A DNA stretch of 62,465 nucleotides, counting the filler, from Chiloscyllium plagiosum (taxonomy: Eukaryota), in the NCBI RefSeq assembly GCF_004010195.1. It is 4 parts of one record of this genome, joined end to end, with 100 filler letters (N's around TTAATTAATTAA, not from the genome) between each part and the next. Parts side by side here need not be neighbours in the genome. Positions count along the whole stretch, not along the records: positions 16,595 to 43,473 come from NC_057716.1; positions 43,574 to 52,180 come from NC_057716.1; 2 more parts are not named here. One strand, given 5' to 3'. The notes below the pieces were generated by a model. That model did not search any database. It was not told the DNA's origin and was given only the letters and a program-made list of their open reading frames with translations. Below, piece after piece: positions 37,550 to 51,150 of this stretch. Positions within the stretch are counted from its first letter, which is position 1. Every line of letters starts with the position of its first letter. Made by a program: the position numbers and the translations under genes.

Positions 37550-39615
37550 GCTACAAGATTGAAAGTTTGGTCGCTGAGCTGGTAGATTTGTCTCCGATGT
37601 TTCATCATCATTCTAGGTAACATCATCGTGAATCTCCAATGAAACATTGATGTTCTGTCCTTGCTATTTGTATGGCTTGGTCTGTTGTCGGGATTGATAT
37701 CACTTCCGGTTCTGTTTCTGAGAGGTTGGTAAATGGAGTCCAAATCAATGGAGTTCCAGTTTGAGTGCCAGGCCTCAAGGAATTCCTGTGCATGTCTTTG
37801 TTTAGCCTGTCCCAGTCGAACTGGTGTTCTCTTCATCTGTTTGTATGGATACCTGTGATAGTCGGCCATGTCTTTTGGTGACTAGTTGGTGCTCATATAT
37901 CCTGGTGACTAGTTTCCTGTGCATCTGTCCAATGTAATGTTTGTTGCAGTCCTTGCAGGGTATTTTGTATATGACATTCATTCTGCTGGTTGTTGGTATG
38001 GGGTCCTTTAAATTCATCAAGAACTGTATCAGTGTGGTAGTAGGTTTGTGGGCTACCATGTTACCTTGGGGCCAGAGTAGTCTGCCCATCATCTCCAACA
38101 TGTCTTTGATGTATGGCAGGGTGGCTAGAGTCTCTGGGCATGTTGTATCTTCCTGTTGTGCAGGAATTGGCAGACTGTGCTTATTGGGTACCCGTTGTTG
38201 CTGAATATGTTGTATAGGTATTTTTCTTGGCTTCTTGTAGCTCCTGGGTGCTGCAGTGTGTGTGGCTGGTTTAAATGTTCTGATGCAGCTCCGATTGTGG
38301 GTGTTGGGGTGATTGCTCCTGTAGTCTGTGTGTGTGGCTTTCCTGTAGATGCTGGTCTGCAGCTCTCCTTTTACTGTGACATTTAGGAAGGGGAGTCTGT
38401 TGTTCTCTTCCTCTTTGGTGAACTTTCTTGGTAAGGATGTTTGTGTTTCTTTTAATTTATTGCATTTCGTGGTGACAAAGGTGTCATCCACATAGCGGAC
38501 CCAAAGCTTGGGCTGGATCATAGGAAGAATTGTTCGTTCTAACCTCTGCGTAACTGCCTCTGCTAAGTGTCCTGATATTGGCGATCCTGTAGGCGTCCCA
38601 TTGATTTGTTTGTAGATCTTGTAATTGAAGGTGGTGGGTTGTGAGGCACAGTTTGAGGATGCTGTCCTTGCTGATGGAGTTGGTGCTGTCAGGCGTTTGT
38701 GTCCTTTGTTTGTCTAGCAGTGAGGCCAGTGTTTCTTTGACTGTGGTGATGTTTGTTGATGTGAATAGGGTCATCACATCGAAGGAAACCATGACCTTGT
38801 TGTTTTCTACCTTGGTGCCTTTGATGTTAAGGAATTCCTGAGGAGTGGAGGGTATGGGTTGAGTCTTCTAGGTGTTTCAGTTTGCATTGCAGCTCCTTTA
38901 CTAGTCTGTATGTCAATGTGCTTGGAAGTGAGATTATGGTCTGAGTGGGGTGGTCCTTGTTTATGTACTTTGGCAATTCGTAGAAACAAGTGTGTTGGAT
39001 CCTTCATGTTTCATTCTTGGGGATCTGTCTTGTTAATTTCACTTGCTTTGTGTAGTTTTGTTCTGTATGCTGTAATGTGGTTTTCTTGCTGTGGAGTCGG
39101 GTCCATTGCCACCTGTTGGTAGGTATTGGTATCTGCGAATAGTGTTTGCTTTTTCAATGTACAGGTGTTATGTTCTGTTCAGGATGACGGTCATGTGTCT
39201 TTTGTCTGCAGCTAGGATTACAATATTTCTGTCTTGTCTGAGTTCTCCCAGGGCTTTTCTTTCCAGTGTGTTAAAGGTGTCCCCTTCTTTCTTTCTGCTT
39301 AGTGTTGCTGCTTCTCTCTGTCTGATGACCTGTTGGGTTTCTTCTGTTGTCTTTCAGGATGGATTCCAGTGCTGCTGGGAAGTACTTTTTGTCCGGGTTC
39401 CTGTGGTTGAAGTTTATCCCTTGTATTAGGACGGCTTCTTCCATGTCTGACAGCAGTTGGTCAGACAGGTTCTTTATCCAAGTCTGAGTTATCCATGTTA
39501 TTGCTGTTTTGAGCTTGGCCAGTTTTTCTTGCAGGGCTAGTCTTTTCTTTGCTTTGGTCTGCTGTTGTTCAGTGTTGAAGGCTTGTTCTAGCGTACTTGT
39601 CTGTTGTTGTTGGCT
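37550..39615 (-). mobile_element. Degenerate Penelope/Poseidon-type PLE (RT and GIY-YIG)
   Basis: MVSFDVMTLFT, LWVRYVDDTF, LPFLNV and VIYKIPCKDCNKHYIGQ..RIYEHQ motifs. The 3' end has a decayed family-B-like hammerhead at about 37595-37635. Confidence 0.88.
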
Positions 39616-40196
39616 GCAATTTTAATGCAGTTACAAAGCCAAAATTTTTTTTTTTTGCTTCAACACATTTTATACATTGATGAAGAATTGATTTTTACTC
39701 CTAAGGCTATAGACCTTTGGAATTCTCTACCACAGAAGGTTGTCGAAGTTCAGCATTTGAGTCTGCTTAAGATAAAGTTTGATAGATTTCTGATTACCAG
39801 CAGCACGCAGGGTTATGCAGATGGAGTGGGTAAAGAGCATTGAAGTGTTCAACCAGCCATGATCATATTGAATAGCAGGGTAGACTTAAAATACTGAATG
39901 GCCGCCTACTCTTTCTGTGTTCATACTGCATGTGTGAAATCATTTGCTCAGGTATTGAGAGCATTTACTTTCAATGCAGTCATCTACTTTCCATATCTTG
40001 TTCTTCTATTGTCAAATGTTTTTGTCATACACAGAAATCTATCAAATGAGAAGGTTTGGTGGTGGAAGGATTAATCCATGAAGTTCAAGAGAGCATATGT
40101 TTTGTGTCGGGTTATTCATGCATGTTTTCAAAATTGTATATTTGTGTACAGTAATACAATTAAGTATTCTTTATATACTTTGTTTATTTCCCCAAG

Positions 40197-40410
40197 GTGT
40201 GTATGTTAGGTGGAATTAAACACTTAGTTGATCTTCTGGATCATAAAGTCCTCGAAGTACATAAAAATGCATGTGGCGCACTTCGGAACCTGGTTTATGG
40301 AAAAACAACTGATGAGAATAAAATAGCCGTAAAAAATGCCGGTGGAATTCCAGCCTTATTGCGTTTGTTACGAAAGACAGTGGATGCAGAAATGCGGGAA
40401 CTCATTACTG
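40197..40410 (+). CDS. PKP4: Plakophilin-4 (p0071) internal armadillo-repeat exon
   Basis: 214-nt exon bounded by ttgtttatttccccaag| and ACTG|gtgagt. Encodes [90 protein letters not shown] and TDENK favour PKP4 over CTNND2 or ARVCF. Confidence 0.9.
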
Positions 40411-41007
40411 GTGAGTGTTCACACACTATAAATTATGACTATGGAACTATTGTTTATGCAGTGATTTTGCTTCAGCTAACATCGTATGCTTTGTTGACAA
40501 GTGCTCAAAACTGCATCCTTTCAAACTTATATATAGCTCTTTACCCTAACATAAGTCCATGAGCCATCTGAAGGCAGGTCCAGGTTAATACATTTTTTAA
40601 AAAGGCAATTTTTCTAGCTTGTATAGCAATATGGGCACTAATATTACTAATTGTAGTTGTTGAGTACATCCATTCACTATGATGGGAAGTTTATGGCCCG
40701 GGATGTTCCAGTCTCCAAGATAAAGGACCGGTACCATCATTGACAAAAAACAGGCTTGTCCAACCGTTCTGCATTTTCGAGTTTTTTCTTCACTTAATTG
40801 CTGAGCAAATTTCAGAAAGATTTAGCAGTAATCGTTTGTTTCACGGAAGAACAATCCAGTCAATAAATTGATAAGTTAAATAAGTAATTAAGAATAGCTA
40901 TTGAAAAGTTTTATGCAGCAGAGCTAAATCATTGTTTTGTGTTATTTTAGTAAAGAAGCAGAGCTAGAGAGGGGCAGACCATGCCCCAAGTCATGAGTAG
41001 GGAAGCC

Positions 41008-42492
41008 ATGATATGGAGGTGCTAGTGTTGGATTGGGTGGGCAAGGTCAGAAGTCACATGACACCAGGTTATGGTCGAGTTGGTTTATTTGAAATCACAA
41101 GCTTTTGGAGCACAACTCCTTCATCAGATGGAGTGAAGAAAAGTATACAGGCACAGAACTTGTAGGCAGAGAGATCAAAAGTTAATGCAAATATGTGAGT
41201 GGATTTTTGACAAGCTGAATAATAAGTCTCTGCAGGCGATCAAAACTGACAGTAAAGTGTCAACAGCTGACTAACAAGTGAAGGAATTCCCAATAATTTG
41301 ATTAATTGAGGTAGAGACAGTTCTGAAAAGTTAAAAGTAAGGTAATGTTACGACACGGCAGTGAATCCTTCTGTTAATTAAACCAAACAGCCAAAAAAAG
41401 CTCACCTCATCTTGTAATCTGTTAAAAAAGAGTTACAGAGAACTCTCCAAATTTCTCTATTTAAAGAAAATAAAATCAATTTATTCTTTAACTCTAAAAG
41501 TGAACGTTAAACAACAACTATTCACAAATCTAAGCCCCTCTTTCTCTTAACTGCTTATTACCTGCCTCCAACTCTATAACAATATACTGTTCCAATAAAA
41601 TACTCATTAAAATTACATCAACTTAATTTTAAAACCACATAGCGCTGTCGTCTTCAGTGTCTTTCTTCTTCCGGCTGAAGATCTCCCTGAGTTGTTATCT
41701 TTCTTTTTAATGTGAAGATGTTTCATATGGAAAGATACCTTTGATACTGTTCCTAATTTCTTGGGTCTGTCTTGATGACAGTTGCTCTGTCTGATTTTCA
41801 AAATGCCTGCCTTTTTTATATCCCAAACATCAGATCGTCTCATTGGTTTGATATTGACAAAACAATAAATTCAAGCTCAGTTGGGTTTTAATCTCCTGGG
41901 GCATAATTTAAATTGGTTAAATTCAAATTGTTGTCAAAACAGCAACCAACTCGGTATCTATTTCCAAATGTTACATATTTTCAATTTTTCAGTACATACC
42001 AAGACTGCTCTTGTAGGCTGTTAGTGCAAGACAGCATTCACTCTCTCTTAAAGGTACAATACATGTTTTCAACTTCATAACAATAATGCTGTAAACAAAT
42101 CAAATGGATGGAATAATATTAAAGGTATAAGAGTCACATACTGAGGGTCTAACCAAAGTAACAAGTAATCCAAAACTGTACAAACTGAGGTAGAGTGATC
42201 ATAAGTTATCAAGATGACGGTGTCAGAACAGGACAGTAAGGAAGATTTTACAGACCAAAACAGTATAGTGGGGTTACATGTAGCATGACATGAACCCAGG
42301 ATTACAGTTAAGGCCGTCTTCATGGGTATGAAGCTTGGCTATCAGTTTTCACTTGGCGATTCTGTGTTGTGTATCACAAAGGCCACCTTGGAAGATTGGA
42401 GGCTGAATGTCCTTGACCGCTGAAGTGTTCCCCGAGTGAATGGGCCAGACAGGAATGTGGACAATAATCTGGTGTCATGTGACTTTTGACCT
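41008..42492 (-). mobile_element. Old PLE family C 3' fragment with a short inverted end, interrupted by a solo LTR
   Basis: GEHFSGQGHSAS on the minus strand near 42400-42435. Decayed hammerhead near 41095-41130. aggtcagaagtcacatgacaccag is inverted at 42469-42492. Confidence 0.7.
41346..42082 (-). mobile_element. Solo LTR
   Basis: TGTTACGA...TCATAACA terminal inverted ends with gtaa/ataa flanks. Minus-strand TATAAAA near 41820 lies upstream of AATAAA near 41480. Confidence 0.68.
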
Positions 42493-43276
42493 GATCAGGG
42501 AAGGGGAGGGACCTGCGGATCCGTCTAAGGAGCTGGGTTTAACTTAGAATGACCTTGTTTTTGCCTCTGGCACGGCACATTCTGAGCTGGCCTCAGCAGA
42601 AATCACATGAAAGTGAGAAAATGGTTGCCCTTCAGCTTGGGTTTTCATCATCTTAAAGGTTTAGGGGAGAGAGTAGAAGCGGGAAGAGGATGGTTTCATC
42701 TCAGGCTTCCTACACTCTTCAAATTTCCCTCCTTCCCTGCGGCCTTTTCTCCCCTCTTCATCCCTCCAGCTCTCTCTTGCACTTGATCTCTCGCAAGCAC
42801 TGTCACGTGCGTGTTGTCTCTCTTGCTCTTGCCTACTTTTCCCCCATTCCCCACTTTCCCTCCCTTGATCACACGTACCCCTGACACCGTCACTATTTCA
42901 GAAACCTATTCTGCCATCTTGATAGTTGTCTTTTGGGCACTCAGTGCCTGCACTGGAAGAGCAGAGCCTTGTCATCCATCTAAGTTGCTTGCTAACTGTT
43001 CCCTGTAACAGTCATCAGGATTCCAGATGTGCCCCCATTGCATTCTCACTGACCCTCCAAGAAGACTCTTTATTGTCACTTACATTGTTCAGGGCTCAGC
43101 CTAATCCCAGTAACTGCTGTTTTCATAGTTCTCAACACTGTATTTAGAAGCCACTGAAGAACTGATAGCAGGAAATGCAGGTGAAAAGTAACATCCCATG
43201 GGAGGAGCATCCTGCTGAATTTTCCAGTTCTTCTTGCTGTATTTAGAATTAGGTTGAAATCAGGCTGCCTGTTGGA

Positions 43277-43473
43277 TAAAGTGAGGACTGCAGATGCTGG
43301 AGATCAGAGCTGAAAATGTGTTGCTGGAAAAGCGCAGCAGGTCAGGCAGCATCCAAGGAACAGGAGAATCGACGTTTCGGGCATAAGCCCTTCTTCAGGA
43401 ATGAGGAAAGTGTGTCCAGCAGGCTAAGATAAAAGGTAGGGAGGAGGGACTTGGGGGAGGGGCTTTGGAAATG
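43277..43473 (-). mobile_element. PLE family A terminus with hammerhead (43367-43402)
   Basis: Reverse complement reads attc-CTGAAGA-agggcttatgccc-GAAACGTC-gatt. Closely similar to 19081-19280. Confidence 0.82.
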
Positions 43474-43573
43474 NNNNNNNNNNNNNNNNNNNNNNNNNNN
43501 NNNNNNNNNNNNNNNNNTTAATTAATTAANNNNNNNNNNNNNNNNNNNNNNNNNNNNNNNNNNNNNNNNNNNN
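43474..43573. other. Artificial scaffold spacer
   Basis: 44 N + TTAATTAATTAA + 44 N. Confidence 0.95.
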
Positions 43574-43716
43574 CCCTCCTCTAGCTTATCTCTCCACGCT
43601 TCAGGCTCTCTGCCTTTATTCCTGATGAAGGGCTTTTGCCCGAAACGTCAATTTTGCTGAAGCTCCTCGGATGCTGCCTGAACTGCTGTGCTCTTCCAGC
43701 ACCATTGATCCAGAAC
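43574..43716 (+). mobile_element. PLE family A terminus with hammerhead (43618-43653)
   Basis: CTGATGA-agggcttttgccc-GAAACGTC. Reverse complement of 6078-6220. Confidence 0.82.
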
Positions 43717-45289
43717 CTATATTTATATTTCTTTTCTTTGAGTTCGAAACTACCTTTGACCTTGTTAACCACAGATGGTGAGTCTGTCCTTTAGAATTTT
43801 AAAAGTTTAATGTTATGTATCTATTCTGAACTTTCTGGAATATTCCCTTAAATTTTTGCCATTGCATTTCCATTGACCTATCCCTGAATCTAAATTGCCA
43901 GTTCACTTCTGCTAGCTTTCATACCTTCACAATTGCCCTTGTTTAAATTCAAAACAGTAGTCTAGGACCCACACTTCTTTCCATTAAACAACTCACTGGA
44001 GATGGAAATATTACAAATATCCCCATCTTCAGTAATCCCCAATCCTAGCAGAACAGTACAAAAAATAAAACTGAAGCATTTGCAGAACTCTTCAGCCAAA
44101 AGTGCTTGATTGGATGACTTTGACCAGAGGTTCCAGAATCATAGATGCCAGTCTTCAACCAATTCAAGTCACTCTATGGGATATTAAGAAAGGCCTGGGT
44201 GATCTGGTCATAGGTATCAGACGTTGACAACTTCCAACAAGTGACAATCTAACCATAACCCCTAACTACCATTATTCACAACTGGATGTGGCAGGACTGC
44301 AGGGGTTAGATCTAATCAGTTGGTTATAGAATCACTCAGTGCTATTGGTCACTTGCTGCTTATGCTGTTTGGCGCACAAGTAGTCTTGTCCTGTAGCTTC
44401 ACCAGGTTGACACTTCATTTCTAGGTATGCTTGATGCTGGCGTGGTGTGCCCTTCTGCACTTTTCATTGAGCTAGGCCTGATCCTCTGGGTTGATGGTAA
44501 TGGTAGGATGAAGAATATGCCATGCCATGAGTTGAAGCACAACTCTGCTGCTGATTGCCTGCAGTACTTCATTGGTGTCCAGTCTTAAGTTGGTAGATCT
44601 GTTGAAAATCTGTCTCTTTTACCACAGTTAAGATCATCCTCAGCATGATGACAGGACTGTGTCTCCACAAAAACTGTACTTTGTCAGTCCCACAAATACT
44701 GTCATGGGCAAATGTAGCTCGTAGATTGATAAAGATGATGTCAAATAAGTTTTCCCTCCTTAACCATCTGTCACAAATCTGATTTTGCAGCTATGTCATT
44801 TAGGAGAATTAGCTCAATTAATAGTGGTGCCACCAAGCCCTAGTGATGAATATTGAAATTCCTCCATCCAGAATACATTCTGCACCTTTTCCATCTTCAG
44901 TGCTTCCTCCAAGTAGTGCTTAAAATGGAGGAGTATTGATTGATTCATCAATCAAGGGAGAAGATTGTTTCTTTGATCAGATGCAGTGAGACTTCATGGG
45001 GGACTGGTCAATGTTGAGGTCTTCCATTCTGACACCTATACAACTGTGCTGCCACCTCTGCTGAATCTGTCCTTCCAGTGAGACATAGTGTTGTCTGGGA
45101 TATGGTCAGTAAGGTACAATTATGTGATTATGACTCTGTCAGGCTATTGTTTGGTTAATTTATAAGATGGCTCTCCCTATTTTTCAGATGTTGGGAAAGA
45201 GACTTTGCAGGGTTGGCAGGCTGTGTTTCCTGTTGTTGTTTCCTATGCCAAGATTAGTGCCTTTTTTGAGACTTTCTAGCTCTTTGATA

Positions 45290-45545
45290 AAAGTAAGTGG
45301 CTTGCTAGGCTAATCCAAAGGCAGTTAAGAATCAATTACATTGCTCTGGATCTGAAGTCTCATGTAGGCTTCACCAGGTAATGACAATAGATTTCCTTCT
45401 GTAAAGTTAGTGAACCAGATGTGTTTTTACAACAACCAACAAAAATTTCATAAGTCATCATTATACTTTTCATTTCAGATACGTATGAAAATCAAATTCC
45501 ACCATCTGCCATGGTGAGATTTGTATCCCAGAACATTACTGAGTC
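45290..45545 (-). mobile_element. Deu/SacSINE1-like SINE
   Basis: Reverse complement contains caaatctcaccatggcagatggtggaatttg and catctggttcactaa, homologous to 11940-12110 plus 13040-13130. Confidence 0.55.
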
Positions 45546-46299
45546 TCTAGTACTTCCATTCTGTTATCTCATTCATTTCAATCTTTTCTGCAGACAGAAA
45601 CTATAATAATTAATTAATACTTTTAAAACAAGCTTAAAGTTTTGCATGTAACCCGGCCATTGCCTCCCTACAATGATATGTTACAGAGCAAGACACATTT
45701 TACACAGTGTAAACTCCAGAAAACTAATTGACACCTCTGAGAATCTAATAAGTACACAAGCTCAATGAGCGTTGTTACTTTTTTTATGCAACAAAACCTT
45801 TTCTCTTTTTAAGGTCTCCCATTATTTCCCAGATTCAATCGGTTTGAAAATACCGTTTATGATGTTTTACAGTTCTAATTGTGAAACATTAAAAGATAAC
45901 GCAAGCTATTTCCTGGAATTTGCACATTTAGAAAATAATTAAATATAATGGTTCTTACGGTCAGGACACATTATTGTGGATACTAGGTTCCGAATCTACC
46001 CTTAAGAGTTTCTTATTTCATGAATTCAAAGTTAACTTTATGAGTTTGCAAATTTAATAGAAGCATGATCCATTCAAAGACTTTATATAAACTGTAATTA
46101 GGTCAACATCACTCATTTCTAGATTTTTCAACAACTCTTTTGTTTACTTGATTGCATACTGTAATTATATGAGAATTCTGTATTGTCATTGGACACTGTT
46201 AAAATTAGCATCTGGTTTATTCAACATGAATGAAACGAATATTTAATTTTGGACAAGCCGAAGACAAAAATGGATGCAAAACGAAAGGATTTATTTGAG

Positions 46300-47300
46300 G
46301 GATGGCCAATGGCTTAGTTGTGTTTTAAGGAAGGTCTTAAATAAGAAAGGGAGAAGAGACAGAGATTTAGGGAGGCAGCTTTATAACATTAGGCCTAGAC
46401 AGTTGATGGCACAGTCTTCCAAGGTGAGATGAAGAAATGCACAAGAGACCAAAGTAAGAGGAATAAAACTCAGATGTTGGAGATGGTAGACTGGAGGAGG
46501 AGATAGGAAAAAAGAGTAGGTAGGGTAAAGCCAAAAGAAACTTAAACTTGAGGACAAGAGTTATGAATTGATACCACTGAGAAACAGGTAACCACTGTAG
46601 GTCAGCAATGAGAAATGATGGGTGAATGAGACTTAGTGCCACTTAAAGCATAGACTAATGTTTTGAGAGCATAGAGAATGAGAAATTGACTGAGAGATCA
46701 TTGGAATTGTCAAAAATAAAGGTGAAAAAAAAGCACAGATAGGAACAGATGGATTAAGGTAGGAATGGAGATAGCCAATGTTGTGAAAGCGGAAGTCCTT
46801 GCCATTGTGAGATTATGAAATTGGAAACTAGGATGCAATGGTTGAATCAGTCTGACTCAATTCAAGACAACCATTGGAAAGCAGGACAGAATCAGTGTAG
46901 TGAATACATACTTTGTGGTGAAGGCCACAGATAATCTGTGTGGTCCTAACTGAACTAAACCTGGACAAAGTAACAGTGTGGGAAGAGAAGGGAAGCCATT
47001 GTTGGAGATGCTACAACTGGATAGATAAGAAGGAACCTTAAGTGAAGGCAGACACACAAGCTAGACAACAAATGGAAAGCATTGGAAGAGAGTGATGCAG
47101 TTGACCATGCCAAAGGCTGCAAAGAGAACATTAAAGGAGAATGAATTATTATCACAGTCACAAAGGACATCACTTGTAAATCTGGTTGATGCTATTTAGA
47201 GCTTTGTCAAGAGTGAAATTCTGATTTTAGAAATCCAAACTTTAAATTGCCAGAAAGGTTTGCAAGTTTTCAAGAATTTTTGAAAGGAAAGGGTGGCCCA
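46300..47300 (-). mobile_element. Ancient L2-like LINE remnant
   Basis: Minus-strand LQWLPVSQW..FK-like motif and purine skew. Highly decayed. Confidence 0.45.
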
Positions 47301-47499
47301 GCAGTACAGGAGGAAAGAAACATGGAGGAGAGCACTAATAAAGGAGATATGTTCAGGGAACAGACAGTTGTTTCTTTTACCATTTATGTAACTCTGGGTT
47401 TGGAATGTTGTCTCCTTGATCACAGAGACAAGGTGTTACTGAGTAGCTGCAGTTCATTCTTTGAAGTAATTAACAAAGAGGATATTGATTATGAAAATA

Positions 47500-48520
47500 A
47501 ATCGGCAATAAGTATAAAAACAAATAGCAAAAGTGTCAGTTAATAGATAAAAGTAAGGGAGTAACTACAGAAAGAGGAACCTGGGAATAGAGAAAAAGCA
47601 GATAATTTAAACCAATATTGTGCACTGGATGTCATAGTGGAGGGCAATATAAATATTCCAAAGATATCAAATAAGCAATGTGGTAATTAGAGGAAAAGTC
47701 TTATAACACTCTCTGTCATGAAGGACAAAGTATTTGTCAAACTAATAGACTGAAGGCACACAAGTCACCAGGATCTGACAGCCTACATCTAAGGGTTTTA
47801 AATAACTAAATGGATTCTGGGAGTGCTCGAAGGCATTAGAACATTGTTGATGTGATGCCCCTGTTCAAAAAAGAGGGAGATAGAAAGCAAGAAACTATAG
47901 GCCAGTTAGCCTTACATCAGCCATTAGGAAAGTTCTAAATTCTATTATTAAGGCAGAAATAGCAGGACATTCAGAAAAGCTGAACACAATGAAAAAGAGT
48001 CAACATGGTTTTGTGAAGAAGAAATCATGTTTGACAAAATTATTAGAGTTCTTGGAGGATATAACAAGTAGAGTTGATAAAGGGAACTGGTTGACGTAAT
48101 ACAGCATGTGCCTTTATTCATTAGAATCTAAAAGAATGAAGGGTGATCTTACTGAAATATATAAGATTCTAAGGGGCTTGACAAGGTAGATGTTGAAAAG
48201 ATGTTTCAATGAGTGAGAGATTCTTGAACTAGAGGACGTAGTTACAAAATAATGAGAACACTCATTTAAAACCAAAATGTGAAGGAATTTCATCTCCCAG
48301 TCAGTAGTGTCTGTCTGTAATTCTTTCACCTCAGAAAGTTGTGGAGGCAAGATCACTGAAAATATTTCAAGAAGGGTAAAAAGATATTTGAATTGTCAAC
48401 TAGTTGGGGCTGTGAGGAGTAGGTATGAAAGGAGTTGAAGCCTTGGAAAGATCAGCCATGATCTTACAGAATGTCAGGGTAGGGGTGAGGGGCTGAATGG
48501 CTTACTCCTGCTCCTCTTAT
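47500..48520 (+). mobile_element. Old CR1 RT and 3' remnant
   Basis: KSPGSD, NYRPVSLTS and SQHGFVKKKSCLT motifs, with deletions. Confidence 0.75.
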
Positions 48521-48799
48521 GAAAGGTGAACAGCCAGAGGTTAAGTTCCATGTTAGTACCAACAACATAGGTAGGAAAGGTAATGTAGTCCTATAGTCAC
48601 AATTTACAGAACTTGATTGAAAATTAGTAAGTAAGATCTCAAAAATAGTAATCTCTGGGTTACTCCCAGTGCCACATGTGAGTACAAAAGAAACAGGATA
48701 AGATAAGTGAATGTGTGGCTGGAAAGATCATGCAAGATGGAGAGCTTTAGATTCATAATACACTGGGACTCATTCAGGAGGAGACACCACCTGTACAAG

Positions 48800-51150
48800 C
48801 CAGAGAGACTCTGTCTTCAACACAATAATTCCAACCAAATTAATCTCCAAACTCTGAGACCTAGGTCTCTGCTCTGCCCTCTGCAACTGGATCCTCAACG
48901 TCCTGACCCACAGACCGCAATCAGTGAGAAGAGGCAACAACATCATCTCCACAATAATCCTCAACACTGGCACCTGCAAGACTGCGTAGTCAGCCTCTTA
49001 CAATACTTCCTATACACTCATGACCATGTGGCCAAACTTTGTCCTAATTCTACCTACAGGTTCAGTGATGACACCACCACTGTAGGCTAGATCTCAAACA
49101 ATGATGAAATAGAATACAGGAAAGAAATAGAGTGCTTCGTGGCAGAATGTAAAGATAACAATCTCTCCCTCAATGCCAACCAAATGAAAGTCTTAGTCAT
49201 TGACTTCAGGAAGCAAAATGGAGGGCATGCCTTTTGTCTGCATCAATGGAGCTGAGGTGGAGATGATTGAGAACGTCAAGTTCCTGAGAATGATAGAATA
49301 TAGAACATAGAACAATACAGTGCAGAACAGGCCCTTCAGCCCTTGATGTTGCGCCAACCTGTGAACTAATCTAAGCCCATCCTCCTACACTAGCCCATCA
49401 TCATCCATGTGCTTATCCGAGGATTGTTTAAATGTGTCTAATGTGGCTGAGTTAACTACATTGGCAGGCAGGGCATTCCAGACCCTTACCATTTTCTGAG
49501 CAGGACATTCCACACCCTTAGTACTCTCTGAGTAAAGAACCTGCCTCTGATATCTGTCTTAAATCTATCACTCCTCAATTTGTAGCTATGCCCCCTCATA
49601 TAAGCTGACGTCATCATCCTAGGAAAAAGACTTTCACTGTCTACTCTATCTAATCCTCTGATCATCTTGTATGTCTCTATCAAATCCCTTCTTAGCCTTT
49701 TTCTCTCCAATGAGAACAGACCCAAGACTCTCAGCCTTTCCTCATAGGACCTTCCCTCCAGACCAAGCAACATCCTGGTAAATCTCCTGCACACCTTTTC
49801 CAATGCTTCCACATCCTTTCTGTAATGGGGTGACCAGAACTGTACACAATATTCTAAGTGCGGCCCCACTGGCATTTTGTATAGTTGCAGCATGATATTA
49901 GGCACCGAAACTCAATCCCTCTACCAATGAAACCTAACACACCGTATGCCTTCTTAACAGCACTATCAACATGAGTGGCAACTTTCAGGGATCTATGTAC
50001 ATGGACTCCAAGATCCCTCTGCACATCCACACTACCAAGAATCTTTCCATTGACCCAGTATTCTGTCTTCCTGTTATTCTTCCCAAAGTGAATCACCTCA
50101 CATTTATCTGCATTGAACTCCATTTGCCACCTCTCAGCCCATTTCTGCAGTTTATCCAAGTCCCCCTGCAACCTGCAACATTCTTCCACACTGTCCACTA
50201 CTCCACCGATTTTAGTGACATCTGCAAACTTTCTAACCCATCCACCTATGCCACCTATCCAAGTCATTTATAAAAATGACAAACAGCAGTGGTCCCAAAA
50301 CAGATCCTTTTGGCACACCACTAGTAACCGGACTCCAGGCTGAATATTTTCTATCAACCACCACTCGCTGCCTTCTTACAGAAAGCCAGTTTCTAATCCA
50401 AACTGCTAAATCACCCTCAATCCCATGCCTCTGCATTTTCTCCAACAGCCTTCCATGTGGAACCTTATCAAAGGCTTTACTGAAGTCCATGTACACCACA
50501 TCAACATGTGATGATCACCAACAATCTGTCCTGGTCCACTCATGTTAATCCTACAGTCAAGAAAGCACAATAATGCCTTTACTTCCTCAGGAGGCTAAGG
50601 AAATTTGGCATGTCCATAAAGACTATTACCAATTTTCATCAATGCATCATAAAAAGCATTCTATCTAATTACATCACTGCTTATTATGGCAACTGCTCTG
50701 CCCAGCACCATGAGAAACTACAGAGAGTTGTGAACACAGCCCAATCCTTCATTCAAGTCAACCTTCCAACCATTCACTCCATCTGTACTTCTCACTGCTT
50801 CAGAAAGGCAGCCAACATCTTCAAAGACCTCTCAAGCCCTGGTTATAATCTCTTCCAATCTCTTCCGTCAGGCAGAAGATACAAAAACTTAAGCACATGT
50901 ACCAACAGTTTCAAGAACAGCTTCTTCCCTACTGTTATCAGACTTCTGAATGGACCTCTCAAATTTTAAATTTAAATGTTGATCTTGCTGTTTGTGCACC
51001 TTCTCTGCAGTCATAACATTGTATTGTTCCCTCTATTCTATTACTCTAATGCACTTTGTATGGTATGATCTGTCTGCACTGCACACAAAACAAAACTTTT
51101 CACTGTACCTAGGTATATGTGACAATAATAAATCAAATCAATTCAAATCA
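48800..51150 (+). mobile_element. Rex-Babar-like LINE 3' part, split by a CR1
   Basis: [33 protein letters not shown] and LYFLRRLRKFGMS..ITAYYGNC motifs, ending in an aataaatcaaatca tail. Confidence 0.82.
49293..50507 (-). mobile_element. CR1 5'-truncated, nested in the Rex-Babar element
   Basis: [24 protein letters not shown], and tagaaca tail repeats. Confidence 0.9.
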
